Source of the DNA: Felis catus
Taxonomy: Eukaryota
Direction of reading: 5' to 3'
DNA: 64,000 nt
NCBI RefSeq assembly: GCF_018350175.1
Contig: NC_058368.1
Span: forward strand, 146,136,001-146,200,000
In this document: positions 26,121 through 38,790 of the stretch, piece by piece
How positions within the stretch are numbered: position 1 is the first letter of the stretch
Layout of the letters: every line of letters begins with the position of its first letter
Made by a program: the position numbers and the translations under genes
The notes under the pieces: generated by a model
Told to the model about the DNA's origin: nothing
Database searches by the model: none
The model's input: only the letters and a program-made list of their open reading frames with translations

Positions 26121-27609
26121 TATGATTTGTATAATCTCAACCGCAGGGTACCATGTCATGCCATGTGTCTTTGCAACTGATATTATAATGGACACAAATA
26201 TTCACAGATGTTCTTTGTGGTCTGTATCAGTCTAGATAGAGCAGGCTTCATCATCCCTTTTCATGACAGAGATTGGAGAAATAATCCTATCATGTATTTC
26301 AACTGATTAACGTATAAATGGCTGGAATTCAAGTGGTATCTTTTTACCTGACCACATTACAATATGGCCTCCTAAACCAAACAAAGAAGGTTGACATTAT
26401 GCAGGTTAGAGAATATAGACCACTTTGACAGTCCAGTCTGTGATGGAAGGAATGCTCAAGTAAGATCCTGATGGTGCATCAAGCCAACAAAGCATCTCTA
26501 ATGATAAGGACATTGTCGTATCACTGTCCTAACAAGTGTCCTTTAAGTTAGACTTAGAATGTCTCCCCTTCTTCAAGTGAAAGTTTGCAGGGGCTATTAC
26601 TTTTTTTTATAAAATGCATGATCAATCCATTTTTTCTAGAGGGGAGGAACTGGGTAAAACACAAACACAGAATGTGACCACTTGGTACCCAGATAGAAGT
26701 TAGGAGAAGAGACCTGTGCCCTAAGAAAAAGAATCTTCCGTCAGTACCAAAAACTGGAACCTTCATACTCTCCCCTTCCCTTAGCAAAGTACAATGGGAA
26801 GATACACAGTGGATAGTCCAGGTCAGGAAAACAGAAAAAAACAAATGCAAGACTGCATTTCCTTCTCGTTATCTACCAAAGTTTAATTTTAAAACAATTG
26901 AGAAAAGGAAGCTCCCCAAAACAAGTTTGTCATTGGTGATTACTGTCCAGATCTCAGCCTGACTCCCTTCTTAGTGCTCTGAATGAGCAAAGAGCCACAC
27001 AAGACTGTTAGTGCAAATAAAATCATATACACCAATGGACTAAACATTGATTTGTGTAATTAGCCAGCCCTGAGAGCTTTCAGTAGAAACTGCTTTGATT
27101 TTTGACTTTTAGAAAGTTGTTCTACCAGAGGATTATTATGGTACTCGAAATTAGGAATGGAATTATGGTTGAACCCTAAATAACATGATATAGATGCTAA
27201 AACTGTTATTTAGCTGTTACACTGAACAATTAGGAACAATGGAAGGGACAGGGTGTACTTGTCAGAGCTCTAATTTTAATTTTGGGATTGCCAATTTGTT
27301 AGCCTTTCACTCCTTCCTTAAAGGAAATGTAGGGTCTTAAAGAACTTGCCCAAGGCCTATATTCAAGTAGAAAATTATGAGCTTCTCTTCCTAAGGAGAA
27401 GATATTTATCTTCTCCCTCCTTTGAGGGTGGTGCAGACTTCGCATTCACAGGTCTTAAAATCTCTGCTACAAAATGAGAGGTTCTCTGTGATGGATCAGT
27501 TGTAAGAGCTAATTACTTAGGTAACAATCTCTTTCTTTGCAAGTGTTTGTATAGCTCATTATGTTTCTGGGGGAAAAAAGATACGTGGGGTGCTACTACA
27601 AAGGTGTGA

Positions 27610-27870
27610 TTTATAGGCAGCATAATGTGTGATAGAAGATGAGGGCCAGAGTTCGATTGTCATAAAACATAATTCTGACAGGTAATTTGCTCAGATTTTA
27701 TCTGCTAAGACATTAGCAGACGTTTGAATGCATGGATATCAATAGCAAAGAGTTGTTATATATCTTCATTAGATGATGAAGAGGATGATTTTGGTCATGG
27801 AAATCAGGAGTCAGAAAGAATCAAATTAGAAATTGGAGAGTCACAAGAAGCAAATCAGTGAAACATTTAT
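27610..27870 (+). mobile_element. Possible pogo/Tc2-type DNA transposon transposase remnant
   Basis: Across frameshifts reads LTGNL..SAKTLAD..NAW..KSCYISSLDDEEDDF, resembling the C-terminus of pogo-family transposases. Confidence 0.35.
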
Positions 27871-28057
27871 ATTTTGTAAAGAAGAATAGGCATGGCCTGT
27901 CTTATGTTTCCCCCAAACTGACAGTGTGTTTCATTTTTTGTCCTTACCTTTAAAAATGTATTTTAAGAAAATACATGCATGTCCTGGTATCCATACCATG
28001 TGATACCAAGGGATATCATCAGCTTCCAAGAGATAATCACTATTAATAATTTGGTAT

Positions 28058-28239
28058 GGGTGCACCTGGGTGGCACAGTCGGTTAAGCGTTTGACTTTGG
28101 CTGAAGCCGAAGCCCTGCATCAGGCTCTGCACTGACAGTGTGGTCTGCTTGGGATTCTCGCTCTCTCCCCTCTCTCTCCGCCCCTCCCCTGCTTGTGCTT
28201 TCTCTCTCCCTCAAAATAAATAAATAAACTTAAAAAAAA
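28058..28239 (+). mobile_element. SINEC (internally shortened)
   Basis: gggtgcacctgggtggcacagtcggttaagcg...CT tract...aaaataaataaataaac. Confidence 0.9.
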
Positions 28240-28704
28240 TAGTATGGTATGTTATTTTTTCAAATTTATGTTATGTATATACCAGCATGTTACTATTGTT
28301 ATAAGAACGGGTATGTATAATAGATGTTGTTCTCCAATGTTAAACATGTCATGGGTAACTTCTATTCATTGTATGACAAGGACTGTCTTAATCACACACC
28401 TATGCCAATTAATGTGTTACTTTTTTTTTTTTTGGAAGAAACATAACAAACTATAGACTGCTTTGCTCTACCAAGCGGAAACAGAGCTGAGGACAATGGT
28501 TAGAGGCCTTTTAATTCTCAAATTTGTCCTCTTGGGAATGATTTAAGTTGGACCCATTACCATGTATCATTTTTATAATAGATAGCTACATAAAGCAAGT
28601 GAGTAAGAGAGAGAAAAAGATAGAAGCTAAATTTGACGGGATAAATTTGAAAAGATAAAGTAGAAAATAACCTAGTTTGCCTGGTTGTAATTTTTATGCA
28701 CGCA

Positions 28705-28707
<3 letters not shown>

Positions 28708-28736
<29 letters not shown>
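28708..28736. repeat. (CA)n microsatellite
   Basis: Directly visible. Confidence 0.95.
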
Positions 28737-28738
<2 letters not shown>

Positions 28739-29562
28739 AATGAAAGATTGAATATATTTAATCTATTAAGTTTTTGGCCATTTGTAGAAAAATCCACAAA
28801 CAGAAGGAATTTTGTACAAATTTCCAAGACTGATCATTAGCTCTGGAACAACCAAATCAACCCTCCTGAAGTCCTCTTGGATGAGCTCCATCCTGAATAG
28901 CCCAATCCTGTTTGATTCATGTGCACTCTATTACTGTGAGGGATAATTCTAATCCAAAGATTTTTTTGTGGCCAACCTAATGACTCTAATGAACAGAATG
29001 TCCAGTAAGTTCCCTGAGACGTTTGATTTCTACAGACCACTTTTTAGTTATTTTTTATTCTGAGGTAATACCCAGACCCAGTGGAGGGAAATCTTTATTT
29101 ACTTTGATCTCACTAAGAGCTCATTTAAAACAAAGGTCCCAGCTGGGGACCTGCATGTGAGAACAAATATACTAAAAAGTATGATTGCTTGGCATTGTGT
29201 TTGTTTCCAGTACATTTCACAGAGTCTTCTCTAGGAGGACTCCAGGGAAAATTTTCTTTCTGGTCTCAGGAACAGTTGAAAGCAATTGAGCAATTAATTT
29301 GTTTTTACATTATGAACAATGTGGATTTTGCAATAAAGCCTGTTTCTGGTTTTTATATTACTTTAAATGTGTAACCTAGATGTCCCTAGACCCCACCAGC
29401 TTAGGAGCACAAATGAGTCACATTAACATTAATTCCCAAATACTCTTGGCTGATGGGCCTCAACCCCCTACAGAAAAGACCCCTTGCTCCAAACATTTCA
29501 GCATATCCCTTGGGGTATATCACATGTGCTTATATTTGTTGATTTTAAGCAGAAGAAACACA

Positions 29563-30075
29563 CTGTATTAGCTTATGCAAAGAAAAGGAAATTTATTGTA
29601 AGGAGTAGGAGATGATGTATAGAACCTGAGGGCAAGGATGCACCCTTAGTATCAGAAAAGACTGAAACCAGATTCAGGAAGTTCTCTCTGTCTCTTATCT
29701 CTGCTCCCTCTTGTGCAATTTTTCTCTGTCTCTCTGTCTCTGCATCTGTCTCTCTTTTGCTTGCTCTCTCTTGATCAGCTTCTCCTGCTGATCCAACTCC
29801 ATAACAGAAAACAAAGGCAACTAAGAACTTCCAAGTTTACATGACACAAGTCCAGCTGCCTGGAGAGGGACTGAAAGTATTTCTTGGTCTCAATTCTGAA
29901 TTTCTGGAGAAGGAACTGATAGTCATAGCTTGAGCAAAGTGCTCACTTATTTGCCACCTCACTGTGGCAAATGTGGCAAGAGGCATGTGGCCCCAGCATG
30001 GACTGGTGGCAAAGTGGGCAGGAGAGTGCAGTTCCCAGGGAAGAAGATGAGCAGAGCTATGCTGACAGCTGAGAA
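29563..30075 (-). mobile_element. Old MaLR/ERVL-type LTR
   Basis: tgtattagc...aaaggaaatttattgtaagg start; gcagttcccagggaagaag near end. Confidence 0.45.
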
Positions 30076-30734
30076 CAGCTTCAGGTAGAAGTGAATATCC
30101 CTTGGGTGTGGCTGCACTTTTCCAAGGCCCCCACATTGAGCTTCCGGGCTCCCATGAGACTCTGTTCTGCATCTCTCATCTCATGGGACAGTCTTTCTTC
30201 CATGTTTCCCAAGTCCTCTCCTCCTGAACAACACACTCCTGCCCTGCCTGTAGTAATCCCCTTACAACAGATCACAGAGCTGATAGTCCTGAAGATGCTG
30301 AAACATCATCAGGGCCATCTGTACACCTTCAGAAAGGGGAGAAGAATGTCTCCCCATAGAAGGCAAATCTCATCCCTAAGTTCAGGCAGCGTTTATTTTG
30401 CCCAAGTTTACACAACACAGAGTACAAATGATACTTGAGCCCACAAAATATTTGAGTGATTCTCAAGCCTCACATTTTTTCCCAACCTGAAAGTAAAGTT
30501 TAAAAACTATACAGGGGGTATATTTTGCTTTAGTCAATTCCTACAAGTCCCAGCGTTAGAGGAAATAAAAGCTTCCGAAGAACTGGAATAAAGACAAGGC
30601 AAGGAGATGCTCATCTCTTGTGCTGCCTGCCTCCTGAGGTCGATGCCAGAGGATTCCTTGGAAATGTTTGGCTCCACTGCCTCCTAGACTAGGTGGGTAG
30701 AAAAGTCACACTGTTTTTAAATTAAAAAAAGAAT

Positions 30735-30899
30735 TAGTGTTTATTTCTTTTTGAGGGGGAGGGGGCACAGAATCTGAAACAGGCTCCAGGCTCTTAGCTG
30801 TCAGCACAGAGCCCCACACAGGGCTCAAACCCACAACACATGAGATCATGACCTGAGCTGAAGTCAGACGCTTAACCAACTGAGCCACCCAGGCATCCC
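30735..30899 (-). mobile_element. SINEC
   Basis: cacagaatctgaaacaggctccagg...ctgagccacccaggcatccc. Confidence 0.92.
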
Positions 30900-31600
30900 A
30901 GGTTTTAAAATTTTTTAAATGCTTAACTGTTGGCTGACTAATGTTACTGCTGGTATAAAATTAAGAGTGCACTAATGTTCTGTGGGTGTCTCTGGAAGAA
31001 GATTAAAAAGTGAACCCAATTTGGACCTATGTTATCAAGAAGTACCACCATGAATTTTTTTCCTACCCTTCTAATCGACTCGCAGAAACATCTGGTTCTA
31101 CATGTTGATTTGAGTTTACTTTCCCTCAAAGTCCTATTGAAATATTTTTACAATAAAAATTAAAAAGACAAAAAACAGTGTATGTCTTACTGATAGAAAA
31201 GAAAGAAGAGAACCATCAATAAACTAAATGCTTACAAGGACTTTCTAAAAGATAAGTGCATATGGGACACCATTACAAGTGTAGCAAACTGCCTGCACTT
31301 CAGCAAATACAAAGAAGTCTTTATGGCCCAGCTAGCTTTAGAGGTAAATTTCATTCACTTCTTCCTGGAATGACATTCAAATGACAAATACACTCAGCAA
31401 CTTAAAAAGAGGAACTTCTAAATCAAGAATATAAAATTCAAGAATATAAAATTGTTCAGGCTGTTTGAAGTTTTTGTTGTAATTATTTAATCAAATATTC
31501 TTGTTGTTTATTCCCCTTGAAAATAAGAATGAAAGGTCATATTGGCATATCTAGGTCTTTGTTTAACATACCATGAATGGAAGATTGCTTTATGTATTTC

Positions 31601-31907
31601 TTTTTTTTTTTTTTAACGTTTATTTGTTTTTGACAGAGAGACAGAGTGTGAGCAGGGGAGGGGCAGAGAGAGAGGGAGATGTGGTATCTCATTGTGATTT
31701 TGATTTGCATTTATCTGATGATTAGTGATGTTGAGGATCTTTTCATGTGTCTGTTGCCTATCTGGATGTCTTCTTTGGAGAATCTTGCAGGCTCCAGTCT
31801 CTGAGCTGTCAGCACAGAGCCCAACATGGGGCTTGAACCCACGAACAGTGAGACCATGACCTGAGCTGAAGTCAGACCCTTAACTGACTATGCCACCCAG
31901 GAGACCC
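31601..31907 (-). mobile_element. SINEC with internal 105-bp L1-derived insert
   Basis: TSD tatgtatttc at 31591-31600 and 31908-31917; L1 segment at 31678-31782. Confidence 0.95.
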
Positions 31908-32399
31908 TATGTATTTCACATAAGGGTCCCGAAGAAGTCATTAATATTAAACCTATTACAAGATCCCTCTGTTGAGGGGAAAATTGTGATTCTCCTATCT
32001 CTAGAGCACAGGTGAGAGTATAGGTAAATAGGCTATTTAGTTCCACTTCCTCATTTTCCTTTTAGTTAAAAAGAAACAAGTAAGTTGGTTTCTTTCCTTT
32101 TTTTAAGGGTCTGGTTGTAAATATGCTTAATTTAATTAAGATATACAAGAGGGTTTGGTGTTTGAAAAAGCTATTTATAATTACTCAAGGTAACCTAAGA
32201 GCTACTCTGTAACTCCAAGCTAGGAGTTGCCTAATGCAACAAAGAAAACACACAAAACACTAGAGTTTTAGCTCAGTTATTTATAGGTACAAAACTCTGA
32301 AATAAATATTAGTAAATCAGAAGCCCTAATGTATACACTGTGTCTAAAATAGCAATTGGTTTTGGAAAATGTCTATAAATATAAAGATGGTTCATCATT

Positions 32400-35300
32400 T
32401 TATTTTTAAAATTATTTTAAAAGTTTAATTCCAGTATAATTAACATGCAGTGTTATGTTAGTTTCAGGTGCACAATATAGTGACCTAACACTTCCCTACA
32501 TCACTTGCTAATCACAAGTGCACAAATTAATCCCTATCACCTATTTCACCATTGCCCCATCCAACTTCCCTTTGGTAGCCATCAGTTTGCTATCTATCAT
32601 TAAGAGTGTTTTTTGGGAGTCACTTGGATGGCTCATTTGGTTGAGTGTCCGACTTTGGCTCAGGTCATGACCTCACAGTTTGTGGGTTCGAGCCCCATGT
32701 CAGGCTTTGTGCTGATAGTTCAAAGACGACAGCCTGCTTCAGATTCTGTTTCCCTCTCTTGCTTCCATTCCCCTGCTTGCACTCTATCTCTTTCTGTCTC
32801 TCAAAAGTAATAAATAAATGTTAAAAAAAAGTCTGGTTTTTTTGTCTCTTTTTTCTTTGTATGTTTTCTTTCTTAAATTCTACATATGACTGAAATCATA
32901 TGGTATTTGTCTTTTTCTAACAGAAGTATTTAACTTAGCATTATACCCTTTAGATCCATCCATATTGTTGCAAGATTTCATTCTTTTTTATAGCTGAATA
33001 ATATTCCATTGTGTGTATATCTATATCTGTATCTTTATCATCTATATCTATATCTATCTCACATCTTCTTTACCCATTCATCTATTGATGGACAGTTGTG
33101 CTGCTTTCATAATTTGGCTATCATAAATAATGATTCAGTAAACATAGGAGTGCATATATCTTTTTGAATTAGTGTTTTCATATTCTTTGGGTAAATACCC
33201 AGCAGTGAAATTACTGAATCTAATGGTAATTCTATTTTTAAATTTTTGAGGAATCTTTGTACTGTTTTACACAATGGTGCACCACTCTGCATTCCCATCA
33301 AGAGTACATGAGAGTTCCTTTTTCACCACATCCTCACCAACACTTACTGTTTCTTGTGTTTTTAATTTTAGCCATTCTGACAGATGTGATGTGGTATCTC
33401 ATTGTGATTTTGATTTGCATTTATCTGATGATTAGTGATGTTGAGAATCTTTTCATGTGTCTGTTGCCTATCTGAATGTCTTCTTTGGAGAAATGTCTAG
33501 TCCTGTCTTCTGCCCATTTTTAATTGGATTATTTTGTTTTGTGGTATTAGGTTGTATAAGTTCTTTATATATTTAGATACCAACCCTTTATTGGATATGT
33601 CATTTGAAAATATTTTCTCCCATTCAATAGGTTGTCTTTTAGTTTTTCTGGTTGTTTCCTTTGCTGTGCAAAACTTTTCCTGTGGTATAATCCCATTATG
33701 TTTTTGTTTCCCTTGCCTGAGGAGAAATATCTAGGAAAATGTTGTTATGGCCAATGTCAGAGAAATTACTGCCTCTGTGCTCTTCTACAAGTTTTATAGT
33801 TTTAGGTCTCACATTTAGGACTTTGATCCATTTTGACTTTATTTTTTTGTGTATTGTAAGAAAGTGGTCCAGTTTCCTTCTTTCACATGAAGCTGTCCAG
33901 TTTTCCCAACACCCATTTGTTCAAGAGACTAGCTTTTTCCAATTGCATATTCTTGCCTCCTTTGTCAAAGTTTGACCATATAATCATGGGCTTATTTCTG
34001 GGCTCTCTGTTCTTTTCTATCAATCAGTGTGTCTCTTTTTGTGTCAATACCATACTGTTTTGATTACTACAGCTTTGTAGCGTATCTTCAAATGTGGTAT
34101 TGTGATACCTCCAGTTTTGTTTTTCTTTTTCAAGATTCCTCTGGCTATTTGGGGTCTTATTGGTTCCATACAAATTTTAGGATTATTTGTTCTAGTTCTG
34201 TGGAAAATGCTATTGGTATTTTGATAGAGATTGCATTAAAGCTGTAGATTGCTTTGGGTAGTATAGACATGTTAACAATATTTGTTTTCCTAATCCATGA
34301 GCACACAATATCTTCCCGTTTGTGTCATTTTCACTGTCTTTCATCAATGTTTTATAGTTTATAGAGCAAAAGACTTTTATCTCAATGGTTAAGTTCCTAG
34401 GCATTTTATTGGTTTTGGTGCAATTATAAGTGGAACTATTTTCTTAATTTCTCTTTCTGCTACCTCATGATTAGTGTATAGAAATTCAATGGATTTATGT
34501 ATATTGATTTTGTATCCTGCAACCTTACAGAACTCATTCATCAGTTTTTTGGCGAGGTCTTTAGGGTTTTCTTTATAGAGTATCATACCATCTATAGTGG
34601 TAGTTCTACTTCTGTAGTAGAAGTTCTACTTCTTCCTTATCCACTTGGATCCCTTTTATTTCTTTTTCTTGCATGATTGCTTTGGCTAGGACTTCTTGTA
34701 ACTGTGTTGAATAAAAGTGGTGAGAGTGGATATCCTTTCCTTGTTCCTAATCTTAGGGAAAGTTTCTCAGCTTTTCACCATTGAGTATGATGTCACCTGT
34801 GGGTTTTTCACATATGGCCTTTATTACATTGAGGTATGTTCCCTCTAAACCTAGGGTTTTTATCATGAATGGATATTGTACTTTCTGAAATGCTGTTTCT
34901 GCATCTATGGAAATAATCATATGATTTTTATCCTTTCTCTTATTGATGTGATGTATCACATTGATTGATTTGTGAACACTGAACCACCACCCTTGTATTC
35001 CAAGAATAAATCTCATTTGCTCCCGGTGAATGATTTTTTAAATGTATTACTGGATTTATTTTGCTGTGTTTGCTAATGTTTTGTTGAGGATTTTTTCATC
35101 TATGTTCCTCAGAAATATTGACCTGTAGCCAATTCTGTTTTTGTTTTTTGTTTGTTTGTTTGTTTGTTTTTTAAATAGTGTCTTTATCTGGTTTTGGTAT
35201 CAGGGTAATGCTGGCCTTCTAGAATGAATTTGGAAGCTTTCCTTCCTCTTCTATTTTTTGGAATAGTTTGAGAAGAATAGGTATTAACTCTCTTACAAAT

Positions 35301-35661
35301 GTTTGGTAGAATTTACCTGTGAAACCATCTAGTCCTGGCTTTTGTTTTTGGGAGTATTTTGATTACTGATTCAATCTCATTGCTGGTAACTGGTCTGTTC
35401 AAATTTCTTACTTCTTCTTGATTCAGTTTTGGAAGGTTATAGGTTTCTAGGAATTTATAAACTTCTTCTTCCAGGTTACCCAATTTGTTGGCATATATTT
35501 TTTTCATAAAATTCTCTTATAATCCTTTGTATTTCTGTGTGTGGGTTGTTATTTCTCTTCTTTAATTTCTGATTTTGTTCATTTGAGTCTTCTCTCATTT
35601 TATTTATTTATTTTTGGATGAATCTAGCTAAAAGTTTGTCAGTTTTGTTGATCTTTTCAAA
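32400..35661 (-). mobile_element. 5'-truncated carnivore L1 (ORF2 plus 3'UTR), decayed
   Basis: ORF fragments [43 protein letters not shown]. Confidence 0.93.
32615..32830 (+). mobile_element. SINEC nested in L1 3'UTR
   Basis: ggatggctcatttggttgagtgtccgactttggctcaggtcatgacc...A tail. Confidence 0.9.
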
Positions 35662-35699
35662 GTGGCTTACCCTTTTAAAATCTATTAATGGATCTCCTA

Positions 35700-37350
35700 A
35701 AATCTTACCTTGACAGAAACTAAAAAGGCATTTGGTGAAATATTACTGATTAAAGCAAATTTTTTGGTAAAACAGGAAGAAAAAATATGGTTTCTTTACA
35801 TACTAAATGTGTCAAAAAAAATAGTCACCATTACTTACGAAGAGAGTTACCGTTAAAATTTATAACAAGATAAGGATTATAACCATTATTATTTGTTGTG
35901 GCTTTAGATGTCCTAGTCAATTCAATTGAGCAAAAAAAAAATGTTAGAGAAAATAGGCAGAAGGTAGCAAAATTCTAGATAATGAAATTCTTCATCTGAA
36001 ATTTCCAAGAGACTCAATTTTAAAACTAAAAAATATAGTGGAAGGCTTAATAAGCTGGCCAGCTATAAAATAAATGGATACAACACTTTCTTATATACCA
36101 AATGCGTAAGTTAAAAATTAAACTTAAAAAAACTGACCACATAAAATATCCCAAAATAGATTCAAGAATTTACACAGGAATTTAATATATTGCTAAGGTA
36201 GTGTTTGAAATTAGTAAGACAAAATAAAATATTCAGTAATTGATAGTAGGACAAATGGGCACATTGGGAATGTACAAAGTTAGAGGCATACCCCTAACTT
36301 AGAGCAAAATAAATTGCATATTGGTTAAAAGTAGAAATGTAAAACAAGAAATCATAAATTACTAGAAAAAATTTGGATAAATATTTAGATAATCTTTTAC
36401 TAAATATGCACCTTCTAAGGAAAAACAAAAGAAAAAGGGAAAAGTGATAGTGTTAATTGTCTATCAAAAATTTTAGAATGTTTAAACAAGAACCATAAAC
36501 AATATTGAAAGACAAAAGACAATGCTGACATATAACAAAAACTAAGTAGTTATGTCATTTAAAGAAAAAGATAAAAAATGCCTAAAGTAATTCTGAGAAG
36601 TGGAAATAAATGATTAATAAATGTATGAAACAGGAAAAACCCAACTCCACAAATAGTCAAATAAATGCATATAATAATGCTATTTGAGTGTCTGGTTATT
36701 TTTTGTCTTACTCAATTGCAAGCAGTTTAAAAAAAATAAGGAAAGAAATATCTACCAAGGATATGAACAAACTGGCACACTTAGATATTGGTGAAAAATC
36801 TTTCTGGAAGAAAATTTGGAAATATATATTTTAAAGCCTTATAATGTGAAGACCTTTTGTCCCATTTCTGGAAATTCATCTAAGAAAACAATCAGACAGA
36901 TGTACATAGAGTTTTATCACATAACAAAATTGTTTATAGTAGAAAATTGGTATAATGTTAAAATGTTATGGTGGTTGAAAAATGGGGGCGCCTGGGTGGC
37001 GCAGTCGGTTAAGCATCCGACTTCAGCCAGGTCACGATCTCGCGGTCCGTGAGTTCGAGCCCCGCGTCAGGCTCTGGGCTGATGGCTCGGAGCCTGGAGC
37101 CTGTTTCCGATTCTGTGTCTCCCTCTCTCTCTGCCCCTCCCCCGTTCATGCTCTGTCTCTCTCTGTCCCAAAAATAAATGTTGAAAAAAAAAAAAAGAAA
37201 AAAAAAAAGAAAAAGAAAAATGATAGCACATTCATATCATGGAATATAACAATAATTTAAACATACAATGTGATTATTTATTGACCTGAAAGATAGTTAC
37301 ATATAACAACTGGTTTGAATCATAAAGAATACACAGCCTCTATTAACTGG
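35700..37350 (+). mobile_element. Ancient L1M ORF2/3' fragments
   Basis: A-rich degenerate L1-like text (aaaaaggcatttggtgaaa, ccagctataaaataaat, cccatttctggaaattcatctaag). Confidence 0.55.
36985..37220 (+). mobile_element. Young felid SINE (SINEC_Fc-like)
   Basis: CpG-retaining ggggcgcctgggtggcgcagtcggttaag...long A tail; flanking repeat gaaaaatg. Confidence 0.97.
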
Positions 37351-37730
37351 TCATTCCTGGTTGAATAAATTTGTTTGATTTCTATTTTTTCCAAATTGGT
37401 TTATTTTTGTTTTCTAATTTGCCCTAGTTTGATCATGTGTCACTTGTATAATACTTTTTTAAGTTTTTGAAAAATCAGTCCAGTGATGCAAATTATTTCT
37501 ATACATAAATGTTACCCGAGCATTTGAAAGAAATATATTTGTCCATCCTTCTTTAAAAAAATAGAACAGCTCCTATAGTTATTTAGATTATTCTATATAA
37601 GTCTCTATACATTAAGTTCACAGTCAGTATTCAAAAATTAGAGGAAGAGGATGGTAATAAAGAAAAGGTGAACAGGGGATCTAATTACAAAACCGCTCTG
37701 TTTAACACCTTTTCTCAGTTCTCCATCTTT

Positions 37731-37933
37731 CAGTGATTCTTAAGCAGGAATAGTACCACTCCTAGTGGACATTTTGGGTGGAGGGTCATTCTTGGATAGA
37801 CTAGTGAGCTCCAGTGCCATTTAGTGGCTGTAGGGAAGAGAAGCTAAACTATTCTGCAATGCTTGCAAAGTCCAGAACAAGAAAGATTTGTCCTATCCAA
37901 AATGTCAATAGCACTCTCCACTGAGAAACTCTG
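37731..37933 (+). mobile_element. MER20-like hAT DNA transposon
   Basis: cagtgattctt...ccaaaatgtcaatagc...gagaaactctg with imperfect terminal inverted repeats. Confidence 0.7.
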
Positions 37934-37939
37934 TTAAAC

Positions 37940-38722
37940 TAAACCATAAAAATGTATACTATAAACCCAAAAGCAACCACTAAAATAACAAAGGGATATA
38001 GGTAATGCTCCATCGAAAGATATAAATTAAAAACATAAAAAAATATGTTGAAACAATAAAAACATCAGAACACCCTGCTTATCTCTCTGGCCTAATTCTG
38101 TACTTCCTTCTTGTTGGCCTGCATTCACACCCCAAAATTGCCAAACTTTAAACAAAGTAGATTTCAGAACAAAAAGGTATTACATGGGATAAATAAGACC
38201 ATTGAATAATGATAAATGAATCAATTCATCATATGTATATAATGATCCTTAAAGTTCATGCACCTAATAACAGAGTTTCCAAATGCATGAAGCAAAACAG
38301 ATAGAACTTTAAGGAGAAATAGACAATACCTCAATTATAGAAACTCCAATACCAAAGATATATGTAAAATCCCCAAATTTTTGGAAACTAAATTGGATAT
38401 TTAAGGTCTGTGGGTTAAAGAAGAAATCAAAATGGAGATAGAAAAATAATTTTGAACTGAATGAAAATGAACAAATAAAATATCAATATATATGGGATAC
38501 AGCTAAGGGGATATATCTCTAAATGCCTATATTAGAAAAAAGTCCATGTTGAAAAATGAAAAAGCCAATGAAACCAAAATTAGGCAAAAGGAAGAAAATG
38601 ACAAATATCAGAAAGGAAATAAAACCAAAGTGAAGTGGCTTTTTTTTAGAAGATCAATAAAATTGATAAATCTCTACCTATATTTATTAGAGATGAGAGA
38701 GGGAGGGAGGGAGGGAGGGAGG

Positions 38723-38763
<41 letters not shown>

Positions 38764-38790
38764 GTGGGGGGGGGGAGGGAGATTACTACC
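37940..38790 (+). mobile_element. Ancient L1M ORF2 5' fragments with (GGGA)n(GA)n tract
   Basis: atgcacctaataacagagtttccaaatgcatgaagcaaaa (EN region); microsatellite ~38695-38765. Confidence 0.65.

Noticed and set aside
29837..30438. Overlapping 111- and 115-aa ORFs
   Set aside because: No homology recognised; partly within an old LTR-like region
36982..37260. MGAPGWRSRLSIRLQPG... ORF recurring at 52986-53186
   Set aside because: Translation of a young SINE body, not a gene family
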